A stretch of 64,000 nt of DNA, from NCBI GenBank assembly GCA_965248435.1, contig OZ252100.1, positions 800,001 through 864,000 on the forward strand, given 5' to 3'. How positions within the stretch are numbered: position 1 is the stretch's first letter; the number at the start of each line of letters is the position of its first letter. The stretch comes from Candidatus Latescibacterota bacterium. Its GTDB lineage: Bacteria; Latescibacterota; UBA2968; GCA-2709665. Both the position numbers and the translations under genes were made by a program. Below, in pieces: positions 28,808 through 38,719 of the stretch. The notes beneath the pieces were generated by a model that was not told the origin of the DNA, searched no databases, and saw only the letters and a program-made list of their open reading frames with translations.

Positions 28808-29923
28808 TCACGTTCTATCCCTTTGGCCCATCTTCCGCCTCCATACGATTCCCTCTTCCAATATCTTGAACTCGCCGTTTGTCAGCGCCTGGGGCCTGAG
28901 CGGAAGCTCCTTCTTCCTTCCCTTGAAATCCACAGTCTTCAGAATGAACGAGCCGTTATCCGCTTCTGTCCTTGCTTCAGCCACCTGCTTCTCAATCTCG
29001 ATCGTGCCTTGCGAGGTCTCCTCAAATCCGTGGATCTTCAGAATCTGCACAAACACCTTCTCCATTACCTGCGCCCCGACTGTCAGCTTGTTGCTCGTCC
29101 CTTCTTTGAGTTCTTTCAGAATCCCCTTCCGGCGTTCCGAAACCTCTTTGTTCGCCTCGCACAGCTTGTCTTCCTGTCGCGTCATGAGTAGACATTCGCG
29201 CAGGTCGCTGATCAGCTTGAAAAATATCTTTCGTCGACCCGGGTTTCTGCTAATGTAGTCCTTGTTCGACCGCGTAAGTTGGCTGACGACGATCTTTAGA
29301 AAGAATTCTTCCAGGACCAGATCGACCTCTGATTCTTCTCGCGCCGAAAGCGTTCTGTAGAATGGATTGAGGTCTATGCTCAGCCCCTGCTTCGTCTGGA
29401 CCAGGATATCTCCCAGGCGAAGGTCCAGCTGCTGATAATCTCTCACAAAACTTCGCGCTTTGGATCGGCTTCGAACTTTGGATTCATCAATCTGCGACTG
29501 GATCCTTCGAACTTCCTCCCTGACTTTACCCAACAAGCCGATTTCCCTTGAACGACTTCCTACATACACATCTGTATTGGACAAATTTCCGCCTACTTCA
29601 ACATCCGAATCGGAGAAGATCTTGCTGTCTCCGACATCCCCCTGAGCGACAATATTGTGTCCGCGGATCTTAGCGAATGAGGCAGAACCCTGCAGCACGA
29701 CATCGCCTCCCCCTTCCACGACACATTGACCACGCGGCGACCCGGCGACAGCTCCCCGGATCACGATGTCGTGCTTCCCTCGAATTACACTTCCCGCATA
29801 GACATTCCCGTTCACTTCACCATCTTTGTCACCGAACTCGACAACACCCCCATCGAACGTGACTTCGTTTGCAAACTGCACTTTGCCAACTGTTTCGGGC
29901 GTTTCTTGCTCGGGATTTTCCAT
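28808..29923 (-). CDS. Hypothetical protein, FapA/DUF342-like (Gly/Val beta-solenoid plus coiled coil)
   Basis: Start MENPEQ at 29923; repeats such as GEVNGNV, DIVIRGAV, GDVVLQG, NIVAQGDV, DVEVGGN followed by heptad-rich helices. Confidence 0.5.
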   Translation of the reverse strand: MENPEQETPETVGKVQFANEVTFDGGVVEFGDKDGEVNGNVYAGSVIRGKHDIVIRGAVAGSPRGQCVVEGGGDVVLQGSASFAKIRGHNIVAQGDVGDSKIFSDSDVEVGGNLSNTDVYVGSRSREIGLLGKVREEVRRIQSQIDESKVRSRSKARSFVRDYQQLDLRLGDILVQTKQGLSIDLNPFYRTLSAREESEVDLVLEEFFLKIVVSQLTRSNKDYISRNPGRRKIFFKLISDLRECLLMTRQEDKLCEANKEVSERRKGILKELKEGTSNKLTVGAQVMEKVFVQILKIHGFEETSQGTIEIEKQVAEARTEADNGSFILKTVDFKGRKKELPLRPQALTNGEFKILEEGIVWRRKMGQRDRT

Positions 29924-29951
29924 TGTGCTGCGTCCTACTTTCACTGTTGAT

Positions 29952-30341
29952 TTACGAGGCCAGCCCTCGAATAGCCGAGCGACCCTCAGCGAGGTCATTG
30001 CTCATTCGTATGAGGTCTTGAATCATATCGACTCGGAAGGGCTTGGAAATTACGAGATCTGCAAACTTCATCTCTTTGTCGGTTACCTGCCCGGTATACC
30101 CGGATACAATGGCAATCACACACGTAGGAAGGAGGCCCCGAATCACGGAGAGAATGTCCAGACCACTCACTTCCGGCATCGCAATGTCGAGGGTAACCAG
30201 GTCGTAGGCCGCCTGAACCGCAAAGCCCAATGCCTCTTCACCATTTGTTGCCAAATCCACCTTCTTGCATCGAGTCGTTTCGGCCATCTTGGCCAACACA
30301 TCCCGCACCACTTTGTCATCATCTACGATCAGCATGTTCAT
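29952..30341 (-). CDS. Single-domain response regulator (CheY-like)
   Basis: MNMLIVDDD, TLDIAMP, VSG, SKPF. Confidence 0.9.
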   Translation of the reverse strand: MNMLIVDDDKVVRDVLAKMAETTRCKKVDLATNGEEALGFAVQAAYDLVTLDIAMPEVSGLDILSVIRGLLPTCVIAIVSGYTGQVTDKEMKFADLVISKPFRVDMIQDLIRMSNDLAEGRSAIRGLAS

Positions 30342-30658
30342 GCTATTCCCTCTATGCTCGATTCCGCAACAGCTGCACGGCAATAAAAAACCGGAGGCGC
30401 CGCCATCCTCTAAATAGAAACGCCTCCGGCATCCCCAACCTGCCTATGACAGCAAGCCGAGCATAATTATTTAGATTTTTAACATTCAGATCTCAGCAAA
30501 TGAATTGGCGCTGCGCTTTTTAGGAATCTACCCCCGGCATTTTGCATGTGCAACTTTAAAAGTGTCCAAAAATGTGCAGTTTGTCCGCCAACAGGCACAA
30601 AGAAAGGCACTAACCTCGCGAGTCAGCGCCTGAACCGGCAATCGATCGGTGTCTTTCA

Positions 30659-31357
30659 CTAAATGGGCCTGCGGAACTCTCTAGGCGACCTGCCTTCCAA
30701 TCTTTGGAAAGCAGATGTAAGTTGGCGATAGTTTTTGAAGCCGGAATCCTCGGCAATCCTGTAAAGCGGTTCATCACTGGCCCGGATAAGCGCCTTTGCC
30801 TTCCTCACACGATAGTAAGCCAACCGTCTTCTAAACGTCGTTCCGACGTTGTCCTTAAACAACCTCGATGCATACCTGCGCGAAATTCTAAAGTTTTTAC
30901 ATACTTCACCCAAAGTCAACTCAGAATCTGACGAATGGGCCTTCAAGAACGCATCCAGCCGCTCTGCGAGTGCATGTTGCGTTGGATAACGCTTTGCAAG
31001 CAGCCTCTTGATCGCATTCTTGAATTCATCCACATCGAGGGGTTTCGTCAGGAAGTCCTGGGCCCCTTCTTTCATTGCGAGAACAGCGCCCGATACGGTC
31101 CCATAGCCCGTCAGAATAAGCACATCAGTTTCAATTCCTCCCTTTTGCATAGCCCGCAAAACCTGCATGCCCTCGAGATTCGGCATCTTGAGATCCAACA
31201 CCGCTACATCGAAACACTTGTCAGATAGAAGGTCGAGAGCTTCTTGCCCGTCTCTGGCATATTCGACGGACCAGGGTTCCGAGTTCAGTACGCGTTCGAT
31301 GACCGTCAACACGACGGGCTCATCATCTGCGACGAGAATGCTGGGCTGCGGCATCAA
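30659..31357 (-). CDS. Response regulator with AraC-type HTH (paralog 1)
   Basis: VADDE, LDLKMP, LTG, TKP; C-terminal RIAEDSGFKNYRQLTSAFQRLEGRSPREFR. Confidence 0.92.
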   Translation of the reverse strand: MMPQPSILVADDEPVVLTVIERVLNSEPWSVEYARDGQEALDLLSDKCFDVAVLDLKMPNLEGMQVLRAMQKGGIETDVLILTGYGTVSGAVLAMKEGAQDFLTKPLDVDEFKNAIKRLLAKRYPTQHALAERLDAFLKAHSSDSELTLGEVCKNFRISRRYASRLFKDNVGTTFRRRLAYYRVRKAKALIRASDEPLYRIAEDSGFKNYRQLTSAFQRLEGRSPREFRRPI

Positions 31358-31454
31358 GCGACTCCGGTAATTCCTGTGTTAAGACCGAAAAACGAACTTC
31401 GTACGGAATATAGATCTTTTCTCATTCAATCTCCCGAGTTTATGACTTTAGATT

Positions 31455-31470
31455 TGTGATAAGTATCACA
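31455..31470. promoter_or_regulatory. CRP/FNR-family box
   Basis: Perfect TGTGA-TAAGTA-TCACA about 100 bp upstream of the REC-AraC gene. Confidence 0.7.
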
Positions 31471-31646
31471 CGCAAGTTTCAGTGGTCTACGACACTTCCG
31501 TTTTGCACATCATTGTGCACTTTATACAAGTATGTGCACAATCAGACATCCCGGCCGACGTCGTGACAAACAAAAAGGCCTGGGACTGAAGTCCTCGGCC
31601 GTGAGTGATTCCCCTGCTCGAACCTTGTGGTTTCCTTCGAAGGGAC

Positions 31647-32729
31647 TCAAAGGACCAGCCTGAAGGCACCCTCCGCCCTGCAAACGCCATTGATCATGGC
31701 TTCAATCCGATGGATACCCGCATAGTGCCTCCGAGTAGAAAAGTCCTCGAAACACTGTGCTTTGCAGATTTCCACTTCCTCGCCCGGCTGCAACACGAAC
31801 TCCTTCAACTTGAAGACCTTGGGAGACAGGCTGCCCGATTTCTTTACGTAATGGACCTTGTAGTCTACCGCGAGCACCTGAGGCCTCTTCGATCCGGACT
31901 TCAGCGCGAGAGAAAAACGCAGCTCCTGACCCAACTTTATCCTCTTCGCGCTCAATTTAAGTCCACGCACCGTAACCTTCGGCCTTCGCTCGAAGCCCAA
32001 CAGGGAAAAAGCACGGGGGTGACCTACCTTGATCAGGCTCCGCACGGCTCGTTTCACAATCCAGGCGGTGCGAGGATTGCTCCGATCCCAGGTGGAGACC
32101 CAATTCAGCATCCAGACCGGATGGTCTTTCGAAATATCGTTGAGATGGTTGGCTACAGACTTTCGCACGGAAAGGCTCAGGTCTGCCTTCAGGTTTTCCA
32201 GAATAGGTACTACAGGCGTCGGATCCGCAATCAACGCATCCAGCCTGGCGGACCAGGGCAGACGCGGCCGACAGCCCTCACTGGACAGACGCCGGACGTG
32301 GTCGTTGCTGTCCCTGGACCATCTCTCCATCACTCGGAGCGTTCGTTTCGGATCACGCCTCAAGAACTCACGAACGGCCATCTCGGATGACGAAAAAGGC
32401 GTGAAGTATTCCAGCGCGTCCAGAGAGAATTCGAAATCATCCAGGCCATAAAGACCGACGAACTCGGGACAGAACATGCCCGTAAACTCGCCATCGTAGA
32501 AGGGCGCGACTTTGTAGAGAATCTGAACGGCCCGGCGGAAGTCGTCTGGAAGATATTTACGGGAAATCTGAGCCGTGCGCTGAAGGCGCTCTTTGAGGGA
32601 CAACGTTTCCAGGCCGTCGACGGCGTCCCGGTAGAAACTATCGACATCAAAAGGTCGATGCGCTTTCCCGATCACATCCGCCAAACCTTCGTAAAAGCCT
32701 GGATTGAACCAGTTTTTCAGGGCGTCCAT
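31647..32729 (-). CDS. alkC: AlkC-like HEAT-repeat 3-methyladenine DNA glycosylase
   Basis: SSEMAVREFL, HVRRLSSEGCRPRLPW, VRKSVANHLNDISKDHP, C-terminal VDYKVHY..KVFK..STRRHYAG Ig-like domain. Confidence 0.88.
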   Translation of the reverse strand: MDALKNWFNPGFYEGLADVIGKAHRPFDVDSFYRDAVDGLETLSLKERLQRTAQISRKYLPDDFRRAVQILYKVAPFYDGEFTGMFCPEFVGLYGLDDFEFSLDALEYFTPFSSSEMAVREFLRRDPKRTLRVMERWSRDSNDHVRRLSSEGCRPRLPWSARLDALIADPTPVVPILENLKADLSLSVRKSVANHLNDISKDHPVWMLNWVSTWDRSNPRTAWIVKRAVRSLIKVGHPRAFSLLGFERRPKVTVRGLKLSAKRIKLGQELRFSLALKSGSKRPQVLAVDYKVHYVKKSGSLSPKVFKLKEFVLQPGEEVEICKAQCFEDFSTRRHYAGIHRIEAMINGVCRAEGAFRLVL

Positions 32730-32748
32730 GGTCAAGAGGTGTGTGAAC

Positions 32749-34389
32749 TCAAGGAAGCGCTTCAGTCAACGGTCTGCCGACTGAACTACTGGGCGGCGGA
32801 ATGTCGAGATAGGCACAGACGGTCGCGGCCACGTCCGAGGGCGCTACGCCGCGGTCGACGCGCCGGGCCCTGATCCCTGGCCCCGCAAAGAGGATCGGCA
32901 CGTGCGTATCGTATGCGTAAGGGGAGCCGTGCATCGCGGAGACCGTCGATGTGGTCAGGACCCAGGACGGGGCCTGCACGAGGAAGATCTCACCCGACCT
33001 GTCTGGATGGATGCTTTTCCGGATCTTTTGCACGATCGAATCCGACTCCGCCCGAACCTCGCCGATCTCTCTGCCGGTGAGTGCGAGTGCAATACCAGGC
33101 TCCTCCCTCAGGATTCCTGCAGCAGCCTGCGCGACCTCGGACGCGTCCAGGCCGAGCGCTTTGATCACCCGCCGATTCAGGTAGACGCTCGGATTGTAAA
33201 AAACCTGGATCAGATTCTCTGAGCAGTTGTAGCGGGACCGCAGCGACGCGTTCGCGCGTTCGATCATCCCTTCATCGTCCACGCGGCCCGCGGGAATGTT
33301 CCGGGCAAGTCTCGCCTCTGGGATTTCGTCCACGCCATGGTCTGAAGAAAGCACGATCAACGTCTGTTCAAGACCTACTTTCTCATCGACATATCTGAAG
33401 AGTTCAGATATCGTCTCGTCCAGGCGAATCAAATTGTCTTCTGCCTCGCGGCTGTTCGGACCGAAGATGTGCCCGATCCAATCCGTCGCCGAGAAGCTGA
33501 TCGACAGCATGTCGACCTGTCCCCTCTGACCCAGCTGCTCCTGTTCGATGGCGGTTTTGGCAAACTCTGCTACCATCCGATCAATGAACGGCGTATAGCG
33601 CAACTGATTGAAGAGGACTGAATCCTGGTCGCTAAGGGTGTGAGGAAAGGTATTGCGGATATCAAGAACGGACCGTTCCGCCATACGGTCATCCGTGTGA
33701 GCATATACGTCTTCGTCCTGACTCAAACTCCACACCTGACCCCCGTATGTCCCCGCACCCTGACTCCGGTTCCAGTCGTCGACCCACGTCGGCACCAGTT
33801 CATAGTAATAGGTACTGGTTACAAACCTCCCGGTCCTGCGCGAATACCAGAAGGCCGCCCCCTTGTGTCCAGCCGGGATGATCGCACCTCTATCCTTGGC
33901 CGAAATGCTGAAGACCTTCGCCTGCCCGTTCGTGGCCAGGAACAGCTGGTCTCCGACCGTGTTTGACTCCAGGTTCCTCGGCGATGTACCTGCGTGCGAA
34001 TTCGTCTCTTCGCCGATCAGGCGGTGCCGGTCATCTTCAACGCAGTAGACTCGCCTTCCGGCCTCCGAATCGTACCAGTCGTTTCCGGGGATGCCGTGCT
34101 GTGCTGTGTGTCCGCCCGTGAAGAGGGTCGCGTGCCCCGGAGCCGTGAGCGTGTTGGAATGCTTGTAATGTGCGTTGGTATAATAGACACCCCGATCCAT
34201 CAGGAATCGAAATCCATCCTGGCCGAACCGATCCTGAAAGCGGAGGAGCATGTCGCCCCGCAGCTGATCGACCGTGATCAACAGCGCGAGCTTGATATTA
34301 AGCGCTCGCGGAGTCGATTGGGTCTTCTCTGATTCACAGCTTAGGAGCGTGAGTGCGGCGGTGAGTGCCCAAACCAATTTCTTTCGCAT
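32749..34389 (-). CDS. PafA/PhoK-type alkaline phosphatase lipoprotein
   Basis: Lipobox LLSC; VDQLR, TLTAPGHAT (Thr nucleophile), KDRG, DWIGH, SSDHG, MHGSPYAYD. Confidence 0.92.
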   Translation of the reverse strand: MRKKLVWALTAALTLLSCESEKTQSTPRALNIKLALLITVDQLRGDMLLRFQDRFGQDGFRFLMDRGVYYTNAHYKHSNTLTAPGHATLFTGGHTAQHGIPGNDWYDSEAGRRVYCVEDDRHRLIGEETNSHAGTSPRNLESNTVGDQLFLATNGQAKVFSISAKDRGAIIPAGHKGAAFWYSRRTGRFVTSTYYYELVPTWVDDWNRSQGAGTYGGQVWSLSQDEDVYAHTDDRMAERSVLDIRNTFPHTLSDQDSVLFNQLRYTPFIDRMVAEFAKTAIEQEQLGQRGQVDMLSISFSATDWIGHIFGPNSREAEDNLIRLDETISELFRYVDEKVGLEQTLIVLSSDHGVDEIPEARLARNIPAGRVDDEGMIERANASLRSRYNCSENLIQVFYNPSVYLNRRVIKALGLDASEVAQAAAGILREEPGIALALTGREIGEVRAESDSIVQKIRKSIHPDRSGEIFLVQAPSWVLTTSTVSAMHGSPYAYDTHVPILFAGPGIRARRVDRGVAPSDVAATVCAYLDIPPPSSSVGRPLTEALP

Positions 34390-34448
34390 GCGGTCGCTCT
34401 ATCCCAGCGGTCGATCAAAATGAGGAATCATTCACCTGAACACTAGCC

Positions 34449-34520
34449 GTAGGGGCAGGCCCCCGTGCCTGCCCGCATTCTCGCAAAACAAAAAGGGCAA
34501 CCACGGAGGGTTGCTCCTAC
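34449..34520. repeat. GTAG-type REP doublet (REPIN)
   Basis: GTAGGGGCAGGC-CCCCGT-GCCTGCCC ... GGGCAACC-ACGGAG-GGTTGCTCCTAC, two inverted REP units. Confidence 0.8.
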
Positions 34521-34601
34521 GGCGAAAGGTTCCCTTCGCAATGGCGTAACCTATCCGCTGGCCCCAAATCGTCCTCTCTGGTCGAGATCCGTCTGGTTCG
34601 G

Positions 34602-35348
34602 CTATCTATACAAAGGATTCGGATGATCGAACCTGCAGCCGGCTTCCCAGGCTGACCGTTGATTCCCGTGCGCCGGAATGCCGCCCGCATCTTCGATCAT
34701 TCTTGCCATGTGCATCAGGTTCCACGTCATGAACGTGGTATTGCGATTCGTAAAGTCATTCTCCGGCCCCCCTGATCCCGGATCTAAATAGGAGGGTCCG
34801 GGTCCGACGGAACCAAGCCATCCGGAATCCGCTTGTGGTGGAATCACGTAGCCTAAATGTGACAGCGAATACAGAATGATCATAGAACAGTGCTTTGCAC
34901 CGTCCTCGTTCCCGGTGATCAGACAGCCCCCCACGCGCCCGTAGTAAGCGTACTGGCCGTGTTCGTTCAAGTCACCAGAAGTCGAATACAGCCGCTCGAT
35001 CACCTTTGTGCACACAGAGGTCTTCTCCCCCAGCCAGATCGACGACGTCAGCACCAGAATGTGCGCTGCCTTCACTTTCTCATAGATCATGGGCCAGTCG
35101 TCGTGGTCCCACCCTTGTTCAGTCATGTCCGGATAGACGCCGGTCGCGATGTCGTAGTCGATCGGTCTCAGGACCTCGACGCTCACACCGTTCTTCTCCA
35201 TAATGGCCTTCGAGATGTCGATCAGGCCCTGGGTGTGGGACATTTCGGGTGATCTCTTCATCGTACAGTTCAGAAACAGTGCGCTCAGATCGGAAAAGTC
35301 CCAACGGCTCGTGGAGCACATCTCAAGCTGTTTTTCGCTCAGGTCCAT
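34602..35348 (-). CDS. Multimeric flavodoxin / NADPH-dependent FMN reductase family protein
   Basis: NCTMKRSPEMSHT, SSIWLGEKTS, ITGNEDG. Confidence 0.88.
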   Translation of the reverse strand: MDLSEKQLEMCSTSRWDFSDLSALFLNCTMKRSPEMSHTQGLIDISKAIMEKNGVSVEVLRPIDYDIATGVYPDMTEQGWDHDDWPMIYEKVKAAHILVLTSSIWLGEKTSVCTKVIERLYSTSGDLNEHGQYAYYGRVGGCLITGNEDGAKHCSMIILYSLSHLGYVIPPQADSGWLGSVGPGPSYLDPGSGGPENDFTNRNTTFMTWNLMHMARMIEDAGGIPAHGNQRSAWEAGCRFDHPNPLYR

Positions 35349-35503
35349 TCGCTCCTCCTGTCTTATTACCGTGGTTCGTCGCTCGTCTCAGGTCGCGTCC
35401 TGTGGGACACGACCGACTCGTCGTTCGCAAACCAAATCTCACCGTTGTAAGTATACCTTTGTTCTACGAATTTTTGCGACGCATTGTCTTTTCAGCGGCC
35501 AAG

Positions 35504-35656
35504 ATTGTTATCCCGAGGAGCCTCAACGGCTTCCGTAAAAGTTCAGAGCGACCAGGTGACGAGGGATCTCAAGAGCGAGCCAGTCACTAAATCGTATCTT
35601 GAAGGAACGGCTGATGCATTGCCTGCTGAGATTCCTCGCCGACGCTCGGAATGGCA
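35504..35656. repeat. GTCATTCCGAG/GAGATTCCTC-type palindromic element
   Basis: TTGTTATCCCGAG...GACGAGGGATCTC ... GAGATTCCTCG..GCTCGGAATGGCA inverted pair. Confidence 0.6.
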
Positions 35657-35742
35657 GAAAGGGGTTCCAAAATCACAGGTCTTGCGGTACCCGGTACCCG
35701 TGTTTTGGTTTCCCGGTACCCGGTCTTAAATCCGCAATCGAT

Positions 35743-37773
35743 TCACGATCCCCCGTCTTCCTCCAACGCCTTTCTGAGCACCTGGGCAACGTTGTGCAGC
35801 CTTAAGGGCTTCTCCATAAATGCGGTGATCTCTCCGGAGGGAAGCAGAGCCTCAGGCGCGGATGCTTGATAGCCTGTCATCATGACGATCGGAACTTCCT
35901 GATCCCGTCCTTTCAAAGCGGCCACCAACTCAACGCCCCCCATCTTTGGCATCACAACGTCGGTCAACACCAGGGCAACTTCATCTGCATTACGATCGAA
36001 GACTTCCAATGCCTCACGTCCGTCAGATGCAGTGATCACGCGATAATTCAAACGCTCCAGCATGTCTCTCGTCACTTCCAACACGTGCTCCTGATCTTCC
36101 ACGACCAATATCGTTTCTCCACCACCCCCTGGAATTCCAGTATCGGCCCGCTCCACGGGCGCTGCTTCCTCTTTCACCGGCTTCAGGAAGACGCTGAAAT
36201 CGGTTCCCTTCCCCACCTCACTATGCGCGTCTATATATCCGCCGTGCTGTTTGACGATGCCATAAACCTGTGACAACCCGAGACCGGTGCCCCCAATCGC
36301 TTCCTTTGTCGTAAAGAATGGCTCGAAGATTTTCTCCATAACGTCTGGTGCAATCCCTTCACCCGTATCGGAAACCGTCCACACGATCCATTCCCCAGGT
36401 TCGATTTCCGGCACGATTGGGGAACTCGAGGACCGGATGGAGCGTCTTTCATCTGGATCGATCGAGATCCTGGAGAGCCCAACCCGCATCTCCCCACCCG
36501 TCGGCATGGCATCTCTCGCGTTGACGGCGAGATTGGCGATCACTTCCTGGAGTTGAGTCAGGTTTGCGTGGACCACATACTCGCCGTCTTCGAATCCAGT
36601 CGAGAGCCGAATGTTTTCTGGAAGGGTTCTCTCCAAGAGCTTGACGTCTTCTTTCAGAAACGACACGAGGTCCACGGGCTGCCGCTGTACCCCCGTTTGA
36701 CGACTGAAGTCCAGGATCTGCCGGATGAGCTGCTCTGCACGCTGTCCCTGGAAAATGATCCTCTTCAAATTCTCTTTCGCATCCTCCGAGATATCCTCCC
36801 GCATGCCCAGAACCTCGGCGGATCCGGTCATCACCGTGAGCATGTTGTTAAAATCGTGTGCGATCCCCACGGCGAGCTTGCCCACGGTAGCCAACCTGTC
36901 CTGCAGTTGAGCTCGAACCCGGTCCTCGTCCTGCTCGGTCACATCACGTATCAAGAGCACGCGCTTGCCGCCGCTTCTCCCTCTCTTGATGGGATTCAAC
37001 TCGACCTCGAAAATCCGGTTGGGCGGTCCTTCTACGACCACTCTTGTGGGCGACTTTTCCGGGGTATCTTTCGCCAGCTCCTGGATCGGGACCTCCCCGA
37101 GTTGCGAGATCGGCTCGCCTTCAGCTGCCTCAGTCAAACCCGGCAGAACCTGCCGCGCGGCCGGGTTAGCCAAAAGCAGGTGCCATTTGTCGTCCAACAG
37201 GCATACACCGACCGGCAGGTGCTCAATCAGCCGATTCAATCGTTCTTCGCTGTCAATGACAAGCGATTCGGCCTGTTTCAACTCGGCGTAGATCTGGGCG
37301 TTGTTGATGCTGATCGCCGCCAGGTCAGAAAGCGTCGTAAACAGTTCCAGGTCTTTGTCGCCAAACAGGCCGCCATCCTTCTTGTTGAGGACCTCCAGCA
37401 CACCGATGATTTCCCCTTTGACCCTTAAAGGAACGGCCAGCATCGATCTGGTCTTGAATCCTGTGAGTTCGTCCACGCCCTTGAAGAAGGTCGCATCCTT
37501 GTCTACATCCGAGACGATCTTCGGAATTCCTGTCTCAAACACCAACCCGGCGATGCCTTCTCCTTTCGGGAACCGTTTGCTCTGCGCGACCTTCCCTTTC
37601 GGTCCCGTCGCGACTTCGATGACCAATTCATCCGATTCAGGGTCCAGCAGAATGACCGACCCGGCCTCGGCGCGCATGACCCCTGTCGAGGACTCTAAAG
37701 TCAGGCGGAGCACCTCGTTCAGGTCCAGAGACGAGTTGATCAGCCATGCAACATCGGAGAGGACCATACTCAC
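35743..37773 (-). CDS. Cytoplasmic hybrid histidine kinase GAF-PAS-HisKA-HATPase-REC (paralog A)
   Basis: GAF with [16 protein letters not shown]; IAHDFNN H-box; NARDAM, DTGEG, FFTTK, GTGLGL; REC TDVVMP. Confidence 0.94.
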   Translation of the reverse strand: MSMVLSDVAWLINSSLDLNEVLRLTLESSTGVMRAEAGSVILLDPESDELVIEVATGPKGKVAQSKRFPKGEGIAGLVFETGIPKIVSDVDKDATFFKGVDELTGFKTRSMLAVPLRVKGEIIGVLEVLNKKDGGLFGDKDLELFTTLSDLAAISINNAQIYAELKQAESLVIDSEERLNRLIEHLPVGVCLLDDKWHLLLANPAARQVLPGLTEAAEGEPISQLGEVPIQELAKDTPEKSPTRVVVEGPPNRIFEVELNPIKRGRSGGKRVLLIRDVTEQDEDRVRAQLQDRLATVGKLAVGIAHDFNNMLTVMTGSAEVLGMREDISEDAKENLKRIIFQGQRAEQLIRQILDFSRQTGVQRQPVDLVSFLKEDVKLLERTLPENIRLSTGFEDGEYVVHANLTQLQEVIANLAVNARDAMPTGGEMRVGLSRISIDPDERRSIRSSSSPIVPEIEPGEWIVWTVSDTGEGIAPDVMEKIFEPFFTTKEAIGGTGLGLSQVYGIVKQHGGYIDAHSEVGKGTDFSVFLKPVKEEAAPVERADTGIPGGGGETILVVEDQEHVLEVTRDMLERLNYRVITASDGREALEVFDRNADEVALVLTDVVMPKMGGVELVAALKGRDQEVPIVMMTGYQASAPEALLPSGEITAFMEKPLRLHNVAQVLRKALEEDGGS

Positions 37774-37814
37774 AGCGATTCCCCTAGAAATCTAGAAAGC
37801 TGTCCCAAGCGGGA

Positions 37815-37830
37815 TGCGCTAAGTATCACG
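37815..37830. promoter_or_regulatory. CRP-like box upstream of kinase A
   Basis: TGCGC-TAAGTA-TCACG, same spacer as the 31455 box. Confidence 0.45.
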
Positions 37831-37989
37831 TCAATAGGGCTCCGGATAATCGCCTCCCAAGCCTCTTTTTACGGACTTCCAAACAAGCGAATTTCGCACG
37901 TTTCGTCAACAAAAAGAAGGGCTCGAGTCTATTGTGCTTGACCTTGTCATCTGCATTGGCGACTTTCTACTTTGCAAACCGGAGGCCCA

Positions 37990-38349
37990 ATGGCAAAGAT
38001 AGTGCTCCTGGAAGACAACGATACGGTGCGGAACTTAATCGTCTGGGTGTTGCAGCGAGAGGGCCACGAAGTGAGTGCTTTTCCAGATGCTGCGCCAGCC
38101 CTCGAAGACGCTGGTTTGGCCGATAATGATCTCGCCATTGTTGACCTGATGATGCCCACAAGTGGAGACGCGTTTATCCAACATATTAGAGGAATGGGTT
38201 TACAGACCCCTGTAATCGTCCTGAGCGGCGAGCTTCGGGAAGGGGACGAGGCTCGCTTGAAGGCCATCGGGGCGCAGCAGGTAATGAAAAAACCCTTTCT
38301 GCCGACAGCCCTGCTCGGCGTCGTTAAACATCTGCTCTCTACAGACTGA
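37990..38349 (+). CDS. Single-domain response regulator
   Basis: GGAGG RBS, MAKIVLLEDND, VDLMMP, LSG, KKPF. Confidence 0.9.
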   Translation: MAKIVLLEDNDTVRNLIVWVLQREGHEVSAFPDAAPALEDAGLADNDLAIVDLMMPTSGDAFIQHIRGMGLQTPVIVLSGELREGDEARLKAIGAQQVMKKPFLPTALLGVVKHLLSTD

Positions 38350-38422
38350 TCGCGAAGTTTTTATTTGAATATACGGAAACGGGGATCCTGCGTGGATTTA
38401 GGTATGACACGAACAAGCCAAT

Positions 38423-38452
38423 AAGGGCTTACACGCTTTTGCGTAAGCCCTT
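38423..38452. terminator. Hairpin AAGGGCTTAC..GTAAGCCCTT
   Basis: Inverted repeat between the convergent response regulator and kinase B. Confidence 0.55.
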
Positions 38453-38719
38453 TCTTAGCTTCTTATTGATATGATGGACCAAGACGAATACGTTGGGAGT
38501 GTTCTAAGAAGCGATGCTGCGATACCTTCTAGGGGGCATGCCCTCAAGTCTTCGAACTGAGCGCAAGCTCGACCGTGTAAAGCACTATCGGCTCATCATC
38601 TGGGGATGTGAGGTTGCGACATCTATGTGCTCTTCGTAAGATTGCCCTCGAATTCTATCACATACCAGCTCGTGTATGTCTGCAATTATAACTCTCATCG
38701 GGGCAACAATCGGCTACGC

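Noticed and set aside
38400-38500. Hairpin as a tRNA-linked island attachment site
   Set aside because: No tRNA 3' fragment or integrase nearby; adequately explained as a terminator between convergent genes.
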